From the human T2T-CHM13v2.0 reference genome, Homo sapiens: a stretch of DNA of 64,000 nt. Each line of letters opens with the position of its first letter. Position 1 is the first letter of the stretch. The notes beneath the pieces were generated by a model. That model worked only from the letters and a program-made list of their open reading frames with translations, did not search any database and was not told the DNA's origin. Made by a program: the position numbers and the translations under genes. Below, piece by piece: positions 22,926-44,258 of the stretch. Where the stretch lies: assembly GCF_009914755.1 (NCBI RefSeq), contig NC_060931.1. One strand, given 5' to 3'.

Positions 22926-23472
22926 TTTTTTTTTTTTTTTTTTTTTTTTGAGACGGAGTCTTGCTCTGTCACCCAGGCTGGAGTGCAGAGGCATGATCTC
23001 AGCTCACTACAACCTCCACCTCCCGGGTTCAAGAAATTCTCCTGCCTTAGCCTCCTGAGTAGCTAGGATTACAGGCACATGCTACCACACCTGGCTAATT
23101 TTTGTATTTTTAGTAGAGATGGGGGTTTCACCATGTTGGCCAGGCTGGTCTCAAACTCCTGACCTCAAGTGATCCACCTGCCTTGGCCTCCCAAAGTGCT
23201 GGGATTACAGGTGCGAGCCGCCGCACCTGGCCTAGGATCTCCTTTTTAAAAGCTGGAGTCATGTTTTTTGTTTGTTTGTTTTTCATTTTTATTTTTATTT
23301 GTTTTTGAGACAGAGTTTTGCTCTTCGGGCTGGAGTGCAGTAGTGTGATCTCGGCTCACTGCAGCCTTGACCTCCTGGGTTCAGGCAATCCTCCCAGCTC
23401 AGCCTCCCAGGAGGCTGGGACTACAGGCGCACACCACCACACTTGGCTAATTTTTTGTATTTTTTTTGGTAG

Positions 23473-23712
<240 letters not shown>

Positions 23713-23785
23713 TGAGACAGCAGATCACCTGAGGTCGGGAGTTCGAGACCAACCTGACCAACATGGAGAAACCCCGTCTCTACTA

Positions 23786-23944
<159 letters not shown>

Positions 23945-24289
23945 TCAAAAAAAAAAATAAATAAATAAGTAGACAATTCAGGATACCTAGAGCAAGACCT
24001 CAGACTCTTTCCTGGGTAAAACAGTGGGCATCTTCACTTTGCCCCAAATATATTCTCCTACCAGGATGGTATACCCCCTAGTGTCGTCAGTGAAGAGTTT
24101 CTCTCAGGGATACCTGCAGCCTCTCTTAAATGACCAAACCTCCAGCCGGAACCCTATCTCTTGTCCACATTTTATTCCCCAGTGCCTAGCCCAGGACTGA
24201 CCTAGATTTAGGCGCTCAGCAGTTATTTGATGAATGAATAAATAAAAATAGCAAAAAGAAGTTGAAAATACGATTCCCAACCAGCATCA

Positions 24290-24598
<309 letters not shown>

Positions 24599-25472
24599 TT
24601 AGCCCGGCGTGGTGGTGCATGCCTGTAATCCCAGCTACTCCGGAGGCTGAGGCAGGAGGATCACTTAGAACCCGGGAGGCAGAGGTTGCAGTGAGCTGAG
24701 ATCATGCCACTGCTCTCCAGCCTGGGTAACAGAGCGAGACTCTGTCTCGGAAAAAAAAATAAATCAGCTAGGCTTGGTGGCGCATGCCTGTGGTGCCAGC
24801 TGCTCAGGAGGCTGAGGTGGGAAGATTGATTGAGGCTGGGAAGTACCGGCTGCTGCAAGTTACAATTGCACCACTGCACTCCAGCCTGGGTGACACAGTG
24901 AGGCCTTGTCTCAAAAAAAAAAAAGTTTCTGAAAATAAGTCTTAAGAGTTTTGAATTAGGTTTCTGACATTAAGTTGCCATAGAAACTAGCTGAGTCCTT
25001 TCTTTTTCTTTGGGAGTGTTTACAATTGTCCATAGAGATAAAACATTTTTTAAAAATCTGCTCATTTAAATCAAAGTAGCATATGGGTTAAACCAAGATA
25101 CTTTTTATGTTCATGCTATTTTTCTGATAGAAAATAAAGATACCAGAGACGAGGCCAGGAGTGGTGGCTCATGCCTATAATCCCAACACTGCGGGAGGCC
25201 GAGATGGGAAGATTGCTTGGGCCCAGGAATTCGAGACCAGCCAGGGTGATGTAGTGAGACTCCCTTCTCTATAGAAAAATATTGTATTTATTTAAATTTT
25301 AAAAAGATAACATATTCAGTGAACATGTTTTCTGAATCAAGGAGGCACTTAAGATGACAACTTGAATTCCATTATGTGCAATCTGAGCATCAAATATTGA
25401 TTCAGGCCGGGCGCCGTGGCTCACACCTGTAATCCCAGCACTTTGGGAGGCTGAGGTGGGCAGATCACCTTA

Positions 25473-26330
<858 letters not shown>

Positions 26331-26473
26331 TTGCATATCATGTTATGCATCTGACATATGTTGCATATGCATAATGATATGTTGTTTATCATATTTGCAT
26401 ATTTATGTAATGTAATGCTTATGTATATCATGTATATGTATATATTAACAATTTTTAAACATTGATTCAGTAG

Positions 26474-26784
<311 letters not shown>

Positions 26785-28398
26785 TAATCCGCCCACCTCA
26801 GCCTCCCAAAGTGCTGTGATTACAGGCGTGAGCCACCGCGCCCAGCCTGGCTGCCCTTGTGGGGACAAAACTCTTGACTGCATGGGAGACCCTCCTTCCA
26901 TCATGTATGATGGGCTAGTTGAGAGCACCGTGGACCCACTTCCATGTTCTCTCAACAGATGTCTTCCTAAATATCTCCTAACTTCTTCTTCTCTTCATGG
27001 ACCACCGTCACTACCCCAGCCCAAGCCACCAGCATCTCTTTTGGGAATGGAAACAACCGTGGTGGCCTCTTAACCCTTCTCCACTCGGGGTCACCTCCAA
27101 CCTAGCCAGGTGGGTTTTGAAAAAACCCAAGCATGGCTGGACTGGGTGGCTCATGCCTGTAATCCCCAACATTTTAGGAGGCCGAGGTGGGAGCATTGCT
27201 TGAGCCCAGAAGTTTGAGACCAGCCTGGGTCACAAAGCAAGAACCCATCTCTACAAAAAATGAAAATAACTAAATAATTATCCAGGCTTCTGGGCTTGAG
27301 TGGTCCTCCTGCCTCAGTCTCCTGAGTAGCTGGGACTACAGGCATGTGCCACCACCCCAGGCTGATTTTTAAATTAAATTTAATTTAATTTTTAAAAAAA
27401 TTTCTTTTTGAGATGGAGTTTTGCTCTTGTTGCCCAGTCTGGAGTGCAATGTCAAGATCTAGGTTCACTGCGACCTCTACCTCCCAGATTCAAGTGATTC
27501 TCCTGCCTCATCCTCCCAAGTAGCTGGGATTACAGGTGTGCACCACCACACCCTGTGAATTTTTTGTAGTTTTAGTAGAGACAGGGTTTTACCATGTTGG
27601 CCAAGCTGGTCTTGAACTCCTGACCTCAAGTGGTCCACCCGCCTCAGCCTCCCAAAATGCTGGGATTACAGGTATGAGCCACTGCGCCTGGCCTTAATTT
27701 TTTAATTTAATTTTTGTACATTCAGGGTCTGGCTCTGTCTTGCAGGCTGGAGTGCAATGATGCGATTGTGGTTCACCACAGTCTTGACCTCCTGGGCTCA
27801 AGCCATCCTCCCTTCTTGGCCTCCCAATGTGGTGGTATTACAGGTGTGAGCCACCGTGCCCAGCCCCATCGTCCATTTTTATCTTCGGTCTTTCATTGGC
27901 ACATTCCTTGTCACAGTTTAACTATTCAATGAACACATTTGAGCAGTGAATGAACTGGCTCTCTGAATCTGAGTTTCTGCATCCAGCCGTCTCTGTGTAG
28001 TGACGTGGGGGATGGGGTGGGATCCAGAGTTATGGGAGTGTTTATTTATAAATGAGATACTTCTCTACGAGTGGATTTCCTTTCCCACTCACAGACTGAG
28101 CAATAATTGGTTAAATAAGTTTACACATGGGGGTTTGGGACAAGCTCCTTCGTGAAACGAAGTGACTGCTATTTACAAACGAAGACCGTAAAGTGTCTTA
28201 GGGCTGCGTGAAAAGGACAGCTTGTGTGTTTCCCAATGGAATGAATGAATAACAAGGATGGGGGATCCCCAGGAGCGCACAGCCCCCATCTATAAGAGCT
28301 GACCTCTCCTGGGTTTACAGCTTTGATTACCCACGGGGCAGGGCAAAATGCATCCCTCGTGACCTATGGTGGGTGTGGAAATGGCACAAGTCCCCTAA

Positions 28399-28905
28399 TT
28401 ACCGCTGGCCCCGTAATCTGTGGGCTCCGGTGCACGGTGAAAATGCAAGTCCTGCCGGGCGCGGTGGCTGGTGTCTGTAGTTCCAGCTACTTGGGAGGCC
28501 GAGGCAGGAGGATTGCTTGAGCCCGGGAGCTCTGGGCTGCAGTTCGCTCTGCCGATTGGGTGTCTCCACTAAGTTTGGCATCAATATGGTGACCTCCTGG
28601 GTGCAGGGGACCATCAGGTTGCCTAAGGAGGGTGAACCAGCCCAGGCTGGCAACGGAGCAAGTCAAAACTCCTGTGCTGATCAGTAGTGGGATTATGCTT
28701 GTGAATAGCCACTGCACTCCAGCCTGGGCAACATAATAAGACCCCATCCCTAAAAAAAAAAAAAAGAAAAAGAAAAAAGGAAATGCAAGTCCTCTTGTTC
28801 AAAGAATTTCACTATGGGGGCCTCAGCGGATTGAATCAAGTGTGCAGGCTTTCTAAGTGCAGGACCCTGAAGACCACAGGTCTCACACCCGTGAAGCCTG
28901 CCCTG
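28399..28905 (-). mobile_element. MER45A-like hAT DNA transposon relic, split by the 7SL retrocopy
   Basis: The joined flanks resemble recalled MER45A (CAGGGCAGGCTTCACGGGTGTGAGACCTGTG...TTTGAACAAGAGGACTTGCATTTTCA). Confidence 0.6.
28454..28778 (+). pseudogene. RN7SL478P: Full-length 7SL (SRP RNA) processed pseudogene
   Basis: Contains the S domain absent from Alus (CACTAAGTTTGGCATCAATATGGTGACCTCC..CAGGTTGCCTAAGGAGGGTGAACC..GTCAAAACTCCTGTGCTGATCAGTAGTGGGAT) and a poly-A tail. TSD aaatgcaagtcct at 28441-28453 and 28781-28793. Symbol from recall. Confidence 0.9.
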
Positions 28906-29116
28906 CTTCACAGTGTGTGCAACACTGCCCAGTTCACCAACATGATGTTGTGTCATTTAACCATGGCAACAACTCTGAAATATTATTATCCCCGTGATGA
29001 ACAAGGGAGAGATATCCCAGGTCAGGCAGGGTGCGGTGGCTCAAGCCTATAATCTCAGCACTTTGGGAGGTTTGCTTGAAGCCAGGAGTTTAAGACCAGC
29101 CTAGGCAACAGAGTGA

Positions 29117-29627
<511 letters not shown>

Positions 29628-30928
29628 TTAGCGTGATATTTACAAGAATTTCATGTGGTAGTTGTGATAGTTAATTTTGTATGTCAATTTGAGTGGGCCA
29701 TGGGGTACCCAGATTAAACATTGGCTAAGACTGCATACTTATGTTAACATGCGTTAAGCCTCTGTGCTGATATGTCAAGCACTTCTGTACTCAGCAAAGC
29801 AGCAAACATTTTCCACAAGATACCTCACTGCTCAGAACATTAAGGCAGGTATTGATGCTCCCATTTTACAGATGAAGATAAACTAAATTTCAGAGATTAG
29901 ATGGCCAGAACGTACCAGCCTTCAGATGTGTGCTGAAATCTCTGGTTCCCTGATTTTCCTACACGGCCTGGACTAATGGCTTATTTTGTAGGACACAGAG
30001 CTCAGAACCCCAGTGAGAAGAAATTATTATTAATAAGGGCTTGTTCTGGCCCCAGCCAATGGACAGGCTGCTATGAGAATGCATAAAGAATTCTGCAAAG
30101 GCTGAGGGCAGTGGCTCACGCCTGTAATCCTGGCACTTTGGGAGGCTGAGGCAGGGAGGATCGCTTGAGCCCAGGGGTTCGAGACCAGATTGGGCAACAT
30201 AGTGGGACTCTGTCTCTAAAAAAAATTTAAAAATTAGCCAGGCGGGGTGGTACAAGCCTATGGTCCCAGCTATTCAGGATCCTGAGGTGGAAGGATGGAT
30301 GGCTTGAGACTGGGAGATTAAGGCTGCAGTGAGCCACGATCATGCCACTGCACTCCAGCCTGGGTGACAGAGCGAGACTCTGTCTCCAAAAATACAATAA
30401 AATAAAATAAAATAAAAATAAAAATAAAGGATTCTGCAAATGTCAGCCTACTCCTCTGCCCAAAATATATAATAACAAAGAAAACAAAGCAAAGATGTCA
30501 TAGCTATGGTTTTGTTGCTATGAGAATACTCTTGTCAAGGCTGGAGGATGGCACAAACATACTGTATTTAACCACTTGTCAGTTTCACTTGCAATTCACA
30601 CACGTGGCACGTGGGCCTCTGTGCTCTTGTCCTGGGTCAGCCAATGTCAGGGGCGGGAGCGAGGGTACGAATGCTTCGAGAATGGACCCGGCAAGTTGAA
30701 TGCTTCCGAGAGGTTAGGATGAGGCCGCCAGGGTGAGCACGTGCGGATGATGGGTGGGGCGGTGAGTTGTTGCTGGGTAGTGCAGAAGAAACTGTTCTGG
30801 GGTAATGCACGTGGGTGCAGGTGGGAGGGGACTGGAGAAGGGTGCAGGTGGGAATGAGATCATAGGGGAGGATACAGTGCTGCAGGAAATATATTTTTTA
30901 AATTTTTAAATTTTATTTTTATTTTTAG

Positions 30929-31027
<99 letters not shown>

Positions 31028-31030
31028 TGA

Positions 31031-31222
<192 letters not shown>

Positions 31223-31469
31223 TAAGACTCCAGCTGCCAATGGCCTTGGGGAAGGGGTAGGTTCACAGGTGGGTCTAGGAGGGCCTGGCACCCCCTCGTG
31301 GGGAACATTCATGGTTCCTGAGTTCCTCTCTTCTCTCTTTTCTTCCTGCAGCTTTCTGTTAGTACTGTATTCAGAATGCCAATGGTATGAAGTCAACCCA
31401 GCTATTTAGAACTTAGGACTCAGTCGTTTTTGTTTTGTTTTGTTTTGTTTGTTTGTTTGTTTGTTTTGA

Positions 31470-31784
<315 letters not shown>

Positions 31785-32158
31785 TGACTTTCTGGGTAGC
31801 CCAGAGCTGTTATGGGTGTCAGACTTCACATTCCCAGTGCCTTCTAACTGACTCTCAAAGGAAGACAGAAGCTACATCATTTCTTATCCAAATGCTGCAG
31901 GAGAGGAAAATTCCTTAAAATTATCTGAGAGACTATTGGCTATGTCTTTTTTCCCCCTCACTCTTAGACACTTGCTCTAAATTACTCAGTGAAATTGATG
32001 GCAAAAGCCCTTTAGACCTTTGGCTGGCTGTGTCTTCCTGAGCTTACTAGAGCATTGTTGGGGGAAGAAAAGGCTGAAATAAAGATGAGAGTGGCTGGGC
32101 GCAGTGGCACACACCTGTAATCCCAGCACTTTGGCAGGCTGAGGTGGGAGACCATTTA

Positions 32159-33430
<1,272 letters not shown>

Positions 33431-34031
33431 ACTATTGCAGACGGACACAAAGATTTTGCTTCTCTTAGCAATTGGAAATCACCTCAACGTCCAATGTGCG
33501 GGGATTTGTTAATTGATGGGCCATAAAAAATAAAAGGATAGTCTACAAGTCTACTTAATGATACGGAAAAATATCCACCACATATTGTAAAGTGAAACAG
33601 GCACTATGCTAAATGCATTTTGTAAATTGGAAAATATATATTTATAGACACAGGATGGCGGTTATAGGGACTGGACCTTACACAATTGTGGGAGCGGGTC
33701 ACATGGTAACCAGTGCCAACCTCCACCCTCCACAGATATGTCTTCTTGCTCACAATAAACTGGAAATAGGCAGGGAGGGGAATTTTAGGAAATGCAGTCC
33801 CAGTTTTGCTAAATTGACACAATACAAATCCACCACATATCAGTAAAAGGCTACAGAGAAATTCACCCAAATGGTTTTAGCAGTTATTACTGGGAGTTGA
33901 GTGAGTTTAAATTCTCAGTACACAGGTCAGATGTGAGAAAATCAAACAACACATTTGGTTTTTTAATATAATAAGTCAATCTAATTTTCACTCCAATCCC
34001 TCCCATCCTATCAAGGAGGTAGGAAATTCAA

Positions 34032-34245
34032 CATCCTTCCTTCCCTCACTCCCTCCCTTCCTTTCTAACTTCCTTCCTTCCTTCCTTCTTTTCTTCCTTT
34101 CTTTCTTCTTCCCTCCCTCCCTCCCTTCCTTCCTTCTTCCCTCCTTCTCTTCCCCCCTCCCTCCCTTCCTTCTTTCCTCCCTTCTTTCCTCCCTCCCTTC
34201 CTTCTTTCCTCCCTCCCTCCCTCCCCCCTTCCTTCCTTCTGTCCT
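34032..34245. repeat. (CCTT/CCCT)n polypyrimidine tract grown from an Alu tail
   Basis: Directly visible. Confidence 0.9.
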
Positions 34246-34914
34246 TCATCTCACTCTGTTGCCCAGGCTGGAGTGCAGTGGCACAATCATAGCTCAGTGT
34301 CACCTTGAACTCCTGGGCTCAATGGCTCCTTCTCACCTCACCCTCTAAAGTACCTGGGACTACAGGCGCTAACCACCACACCCAGCTAATTAAATTTTTT
34401 TTTTGTAGAGATGGGGGTCTTGCTATGTTGCCCAGGCTGGTGTTCAGCTCCTAGCCTCAAGCAATCCTCCTTTTTCAGCCTCCCCAAACACTAGGATTGC
34501 AGGCACGAGCCAGAAAAATTTCTGCACCCAGCAGAAAAATACTGGACTTTTGTACAAATACCTATACTATTCATGAATAGCTTTTAAACTGCCCCGAAAT
34601 TATGGGACTGAAGTGATTAAAATCTTTATCCAAATGAAGACAACTCTATTATTATCAAGAGTGTGGCATATTTGACCTACATCTAGATGTGTATATGCAT
34701 TTTCTTTTCCGAAAATGAATAAAAGAACAAAAGATTTCAGTATTGTTGTTACCTATGTATTAAATGCACAGTTAAACTCACTGTCTCTAAATGCACAGGG
34801 TATGTGTTCCCCAAGCCCAGAACAGTTCTCTGGGACTTCCAGGTCACAGCTGAGTATGTTGTATTTCATGAATTTAGTGTTCTCCCATCGCTAGAGGTGA
34901 CTCATGTTTATTAA

Positions 34915-34999
34915 TTAGGTTGGTGCAAAAGTTATTGTGGTTTTTGCATTATTGCAACTGTAATATAATTTTGCAATTATAACTTTCGCACCAGCCTAA
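34915..34999. mobile_element. MADE1/Hsmar1-derived mariner MITE
   Basis: Terminal inverted repeats TTAGGTTGGTGCAAAAGTTATTG ... AACTTTCGCACCAGCCTAA, followed by TA. Confidence 0.8.
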
Positions 35000-35047
35000 T
35001 AAAAAAACGCCTTGGCTGACAAGCTATGGGAATGGGATGGCCACCAT

Positions 35048-36235
<1,188 letters not shown>

Positions 36236-36795
36236 TTCCTCCTTTTTTTTTTTTTTTTTTTTGAGACAAGGTCTCCCCCTGTCACCCAGGCTGGAGTGCA
36301 GTGGTGTGATCACAGCTCACTGCAGCCTCATCCTCCTGGGCTCAAGTGATTTCCCCTACCATAGCATCCCCCCCAACCAGTAGCTGGGACCACAGGCACA
36401 CACCACCATGCCTGGCTAATGTTTTATTTTTTGTAGAGATGGGATCTCATCATGTTGCCCAGGCTGGTCTCGAACTCATGGGCTCAAGCGACCCTCCTGC
36501 CTCGGCCTCCTGAAGTGCTGAGATTTCAGGCATGAGCCACAGCACCTGGCCCCCTCTTTGCCCCATTGTTCTCCAGATCATTCTTGCATTCCTGATCTCC
36601 TTCTCAAACCCCAACATGTCTTCATCCTCAGCAGATGACCTTGCCTTCTCCTTAACTGAGAAAATAGTAACGACTGGAAGAGAGTGTCCCCAGGTTCCCT
36701 AGACAACATCGGCCCTCTCCCAGCGTCTGCATCCACTCACTCTGCCTTCCTGCCTTAGCTATAAAATGAACCATCAGGCCGGGTACGGTGGCTCA

Positions 36796-37093
<298 letters not shown>

Positions 37094-37230
37094 CTAAAGC
37101 CAGCCCCTCCACCATCTAAACTGGATTCCATTCCTGCCACCCTCTCAAGCACATCACTCCAGGTACTCCCCCCTCCCTCTCCTGTGCCATCAATTTCTCT
37201 CTCCCTAATAGATCTTTCCCATTAACATAA

Positions 37231-38498
37231 TATTAACTGAAAAAGGGACTGAGGCATGAGTCCCCATTGACTGAGGTTGATGCAGCAGTTTGAGGACACG
37301 CCCAGGAGGAACATCAGCCACAGGAGCATCTGTGACCTGTGAGTTTCCAAAGAGGGTTTGGGGACTTCACTATTTAAAGGGGAAAGAGCAAGCAGGAGGG
37401 ATAAAGGAAGGGAGGGTAGGCAGAGAGGCAAATGGTCCCATTCTCTCAAGGCTCTGATTAGCGATCAATAAATCTACATTTTACATGTCAATGAGGCATT
37501 TGTCTCCAGCTCAGGAAATCTACATTTTACATAAGGTAAAGTAAAACATGTGAAAAAAGGAGTAAAGAGTCCATGATGCATTCATCTTGAGCTCAGTAAA
37601 TCTGCATTTTACATAAGATAAACATATGAAAACAGGGAGTAGAGGAGTCCATGTTGCGTTCATCTCAAGCCCAGTAAATCTACATTTTACATAAGATAAA
37701 GTAAACATGAAAAGAGGGAGTAAAGAGTCCATGATGCATTCATCTTGAGCTCAGTAAATCTACATTTTACGTAGGATAAACATGTGAAAAGAGTAGAGGA
37801 GTCCATGATGCATTCATCTTGAGCCCAGTAGATCTACATTTTACATAGGATAAACATGTGAAAAGAGTAGAGGAGTCCATGATGCATTCATCTTGAGCTC
37901 AGTAGATCTACATTTTACGCAAGATAAAGTAAACTTGAAAAGGAGTAGAGTCTGTGATGCATTCATCTTAAGCCCAGTGAATCTACATTTTACATAAGGT
38001 AAATGTGAAAAGAGGGAGTAAAGAGTTTATGCTGCATTCATCTTGAGCTCAGTAAATCTGCATTTTACATAACAAAGTAAACATGAAAAGAGGGAGTAGG
38101 GGAATAGGGCCATGCTGCATTTATCTCAGGGTAGGTGGAAGGATGATTTATGGTCTTGTCCTTGTCCTATCCATGTGAAAATAAGCTGGTAATTGACATT
38201 GTCAGTGTGAGATTTAACAGAACTTGCTTTTAGGGCTAGTTTATAGGGGGAGATATATCCTGAAAGAATTAGGGTCTCACTTTGTGAGCAACTTGTGAGG
38301 GAGCCATCTGGGAAGATACGTAACCTTCTATCTTGGTGGGCACCTGGCTTATGCTTGAGGCTAGGACATGGGGTTATGAAAATATAGCTCTCCGTTTGGG
38401 AACAAAAGGGAAGGCAGTAATGCATGACTCAGTTTCCAAGCTTGACTTTCTCTTTGGCATAGTGAGTTCAGGGTCCTGATAATTTATCTTCTTTCACA
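37231..38498 (-). mobile_element. MER41-family ERV1 solo LTR with an expanded internal tandem repeat, inserted in an L2 fragment
   Basis: Ends TATTAACTGAAAAAGGG... and ...CCAAGCTTGACTTTCTCTTTGGCATAGTGAGTTCAGGGTCC..TTTCACA resemble recalled MER41 termini. Degenerate 4-bp TSD ataa/gtac in L2-like flanks. Confidence 0.7.
37471..38130. repeat. 74-82-bp minisatellite, ~8 units, inside the LTR
   Basis: The anchor (A/G)ATCT(A/G)CATTTTAC occurs at 37471, 37517, 37599, 37677, 37757, 37831, 37905, 37980 and 38055. Confidence 0.92.
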
Positions 38499-38623
38499 GT
38501 ACAAACATGCTGGTGTATGGATCCTATCTTTAAAACGAACTTCCAATATGGATGGCAAACGAGCACATGAAAAGATGCTTAATGTTATTCATCCTTAGAG
38601 AATGAAGATTAAAGCCACCGTGA

Positions 38624-38785
38624 GGGCCCAGTGGCACACACCTATAGTTCTACCCACTCAGGAGGCTGAGGCAGGAGGATCACTTGAGCTCAGGAGTTTG
38701 AGGCTGTAGTGTGCAATGTTCGTGCCTGTGAATAGCCACTGTACTCTAGCCTGGGCAACATAGCAAGACCCTGTCTCTAAAAAAT
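38624..38785 (+). mobile_element. FAM-type fossil Alu monomer
   Basis: A monomer that keeps the 7SL-derived GCCTGTGAATAGCCACTG segment lost from dimeric Alus. Confidence 0.65.
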
Positions 38786-39278
38786 TTTTTTTAAATTAAA
38801 AACTAGGCCGAGTGTGGTGGCTGATGCTTGCAATTTCAATGCTTTGGGAGGCCGAGGTGGGAGGATAACTTGAGCCCAGGGGAGGATAACTTGAGACCAG
38901 CCTGGGCAACATAGCGAGACCCTGTCTCTAACAACAACAACAAATTATAAATAAATAAATAAATGAATAAAACCACAATGAGATGCCAACACACATTAAT
39001 GAAAATGTCCAAAATGAGGAGGGCTGACCCATGCCAAGCACTGGTGAGGGAGGAACTGGAACCCTCCTTCCCTGCTAAACTCACTTTCCTCTGAATAAGA
39101 AATGCATTACCCAAGTACTTAGCAACTCTCTTGGCTCTCCTTCCACTCTTCAACATGTTTTCCTTCCTGAATGTAAATTTCCTTTGGAAAACACAGTGGA
39201 AGTGTCTATCACATGACGCAACTGGTTCTATTCCAACTTCCTCCCCAAGAACCGGGATTTTTTTTTTTTTGAGACTGA

Positions 39279-39431
<153 letters not shown>

Positions 39432-40321
39432 TAGTAGAGATGGGGTTTCACCGTGTTGGCCAGGCTGGTCTCGAACTGCTGACCTCAGGTGATCTGCCCG
39501 CTTCGGCCTCTCAAAGTGCTGGGATTACAGGCGTGAGCCATGGCACCGTGCTCGGCCAGAACTGGGATTCTTAAAGCACATCTCCCTCCCATCCTGCTAA
39601 AAACCAGCAACAACTATAACCACCACCACCTGTGGCACACACATTTGGTGTCAGCATTAGTGAGCCACCTCCAGGCTACCCCATTTGAGGACTTCTTGCC
39701 AAGAAGTTCTCCAGCAGTTTTCACCCAAAACCTGTTCTTGCTGTTTTTGCTCTCTGGCCAACTCTGTGGTCACTAAATCAATGTTTCAGTTTTTGAGCAG
39801 GAACAATAAGAACATATATATATACACACACATATCGGGAGAGCCCCAAACTGCTTAGGCACATGTGAAATGCTATAGCAGAAAAGAAACAAAATGCTAT
39901 AGGACGCTGATTTTTTCATGAACAAGAAATATGAGCGGCTCCGTCTCAACTTACGGATGAGCTGGAGGCAACATTTAATGAAGACTTAAGTGAGTTAATT
40001 AAGGAGAAATTGCAACTAAACCCCACATAATGAGAGAGCCGGTATCTCTCGCTCCAGGGTCCCGTATTTTTATCTATCTGCACTTGTCCATGATGTGGGT
40101 TCTCTTTGTGGGGGGTCTCCTTGTATTGGGCAGACATCCCCATGAGATTCAGAACCCAGGAAAAACCATCCAATAAAAAAACACTGGCCGGGCGCAGTGG
40201 CTCACGCCTGTAATCCCAACACTTTAGGGGGCCAAGGCAGGTGGATCACCTAAGATCAGGAGTTCAAGACCAGCCTGGCCAACATGGTAAAACCCCGTCT
40301 CTAGTAAAAATACAAAAATTA

Positions 40322-40555
<234 letters not shown>

Positions 40556-40633
40556 TCACGCCTGTAATCCCAGCACTTTGGGAGGCTGAGGCGGGCAGAT
40601 CACGAGGTCAGGAGATCGAGACCATCCTGGCTA

Positions 40634-41071
<438 letters not shown>

Positions 41072-41202
41072 TCATGACTGTAGTGAGATACAATTGTGCC
41101 ACTGCACTCCAGCCTGGGTGACAGAGAGAGAACCTGTCTCCAAAAAATAATAATTTAAAAAAACCCTCATGTTCTTATCTAGATATGACCTTGAATGTAT
41201 AG

Positions 41203-42067
<865 letters not shown>

Positions 42068-42215
42068 TGAGCCATCATACTTACCCTTAACATGCTCATA
42101 TTTTCATTTACCTTCTTGAACACATCAAATAGTTGTAGTAGCTATTTTAATCTCTTTATTAATTCTATCTTTGTCATTTCATTTCATTGGTTTTTCTCCT
42201 CTTCCTGGGGTATAA

Positions 42216-42422
<207 letters not shown>

Positions 42423-42652
42423 TAGAGATGAGGTCTTGCTATGTTGCCCAGTCTGGTCTTGAACTGCTGGCCTCAAGCAATTCTCCTGCCTCAGCCTCCC
42501 AAAGTGCTGTGATTATAAGTGTGAGCCAACACTTCCTGCCATGCCTGGTGATTTTTTACTGGACACCAGGTATTGTGAATTTTACCTGGTTGGGTGCTGA
42601 ATATTCTTGTTTAAAAAATATATTCTTGAGCTTTATTCTGGGACATGGTTAA

Positions 42653-42898
<246 letters not shown>

Positions 42899-43362
42899 TG
42901 AACCCCTGACCTCAGGTGATCCACCCTCCTCGGCCTCCCAAAGTGCTGGGATCACCGGCATGAACCTCCGTGCCCAGATGCATGGTCCTTTTGAGACTTG
43001 CAGAACCCTTAGTCTAGGGCCAATTCTGCCGCACCACGAAAGCAATACCCCTCTGAATGCTTGACTCAGTGCTCTGTGTATTACGAGGTTTTTCACTTTG
43101 CCTGCTGGGAACACGAACGGTTCCCAGCTTTTTGTAGACTTTGGAATTATTCTGCCTGTTTCTATTGTGTGATTCCTTCCCCTGGTCTTGCTCGGATAAT
43201 TTCCTCCATGCGTGAGCTGATCCCCCTCAGCTTCCGAGTCAAGAGGTTTCCTTTGCAAAGCTGCAGAGTTTGGTTTTTTTTGCATATCTCTCTTGCGGGA
43301 TTCCATCCTGCAAATTCCAGCTGCTTTGGCCTGCTCAAACTTTTTTTTTTTTTTTTTTTTGA

Positions 43363-43470
<108 letters not shown>

Positions 43471-44048
43471 TAGCTGGGATTACAAGCATGCACCACCACG
43501 CCCAGCTAAATGTTTTGTATTTTTAGTAGAGACAGGGTTTCACCACGTTGGCCAGGCTGGTCTCGAACTCCTGACCTCAAATGATCCACCCACCTCGGCC
43601 TCCCAAGGTGCTAGGATTACAGGCGTGAACCACTGCACCTGGCCAGGCCTGCTCACACTTTCAGCTCTGTCTCCTGCACTCAGGGAGACCACTGGGCTCT
43701 GCTCGGCTGCCCTCCTCCCGCAGCAGCTGGAAACACTTTGCCTCATTGGTTTCTCCCCTAACAGAGATCACGGTCTTTAGTGCCACCTATTGACCGGTGT
43801 CTAAAAACTGCCTTTGCGTATGTGTTGTACGGTTTTGTAGGTATTTAAGGCAAGAGGGTTAATCCATCTTGGCCATAAGTTGGGGAAATCTCCACAATTT
43901 TTACAACATTTTGGGAGGCTGAGGTGGGAAGATTGCTTGAGGCCAGGAGTTCGAGACCAGCTCGGGCAACACAGCAAGACCCCCGTCTCTACAAGAAAAT
44001 AAAAATACTAAAAGTAGCTGAGCATGACAATGTGCGCCTATAGTCTCA

Positions 44049-44258
<210 letters not shown>

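Noticed and set aside
37471-38130. Regularly spaced repeats (also 7181-7400) resembling a CRISPR array
   Set aside because: The intervening sequence is itself repeated (no unique spacers), there are no cas genes, and the context is primate DNA.
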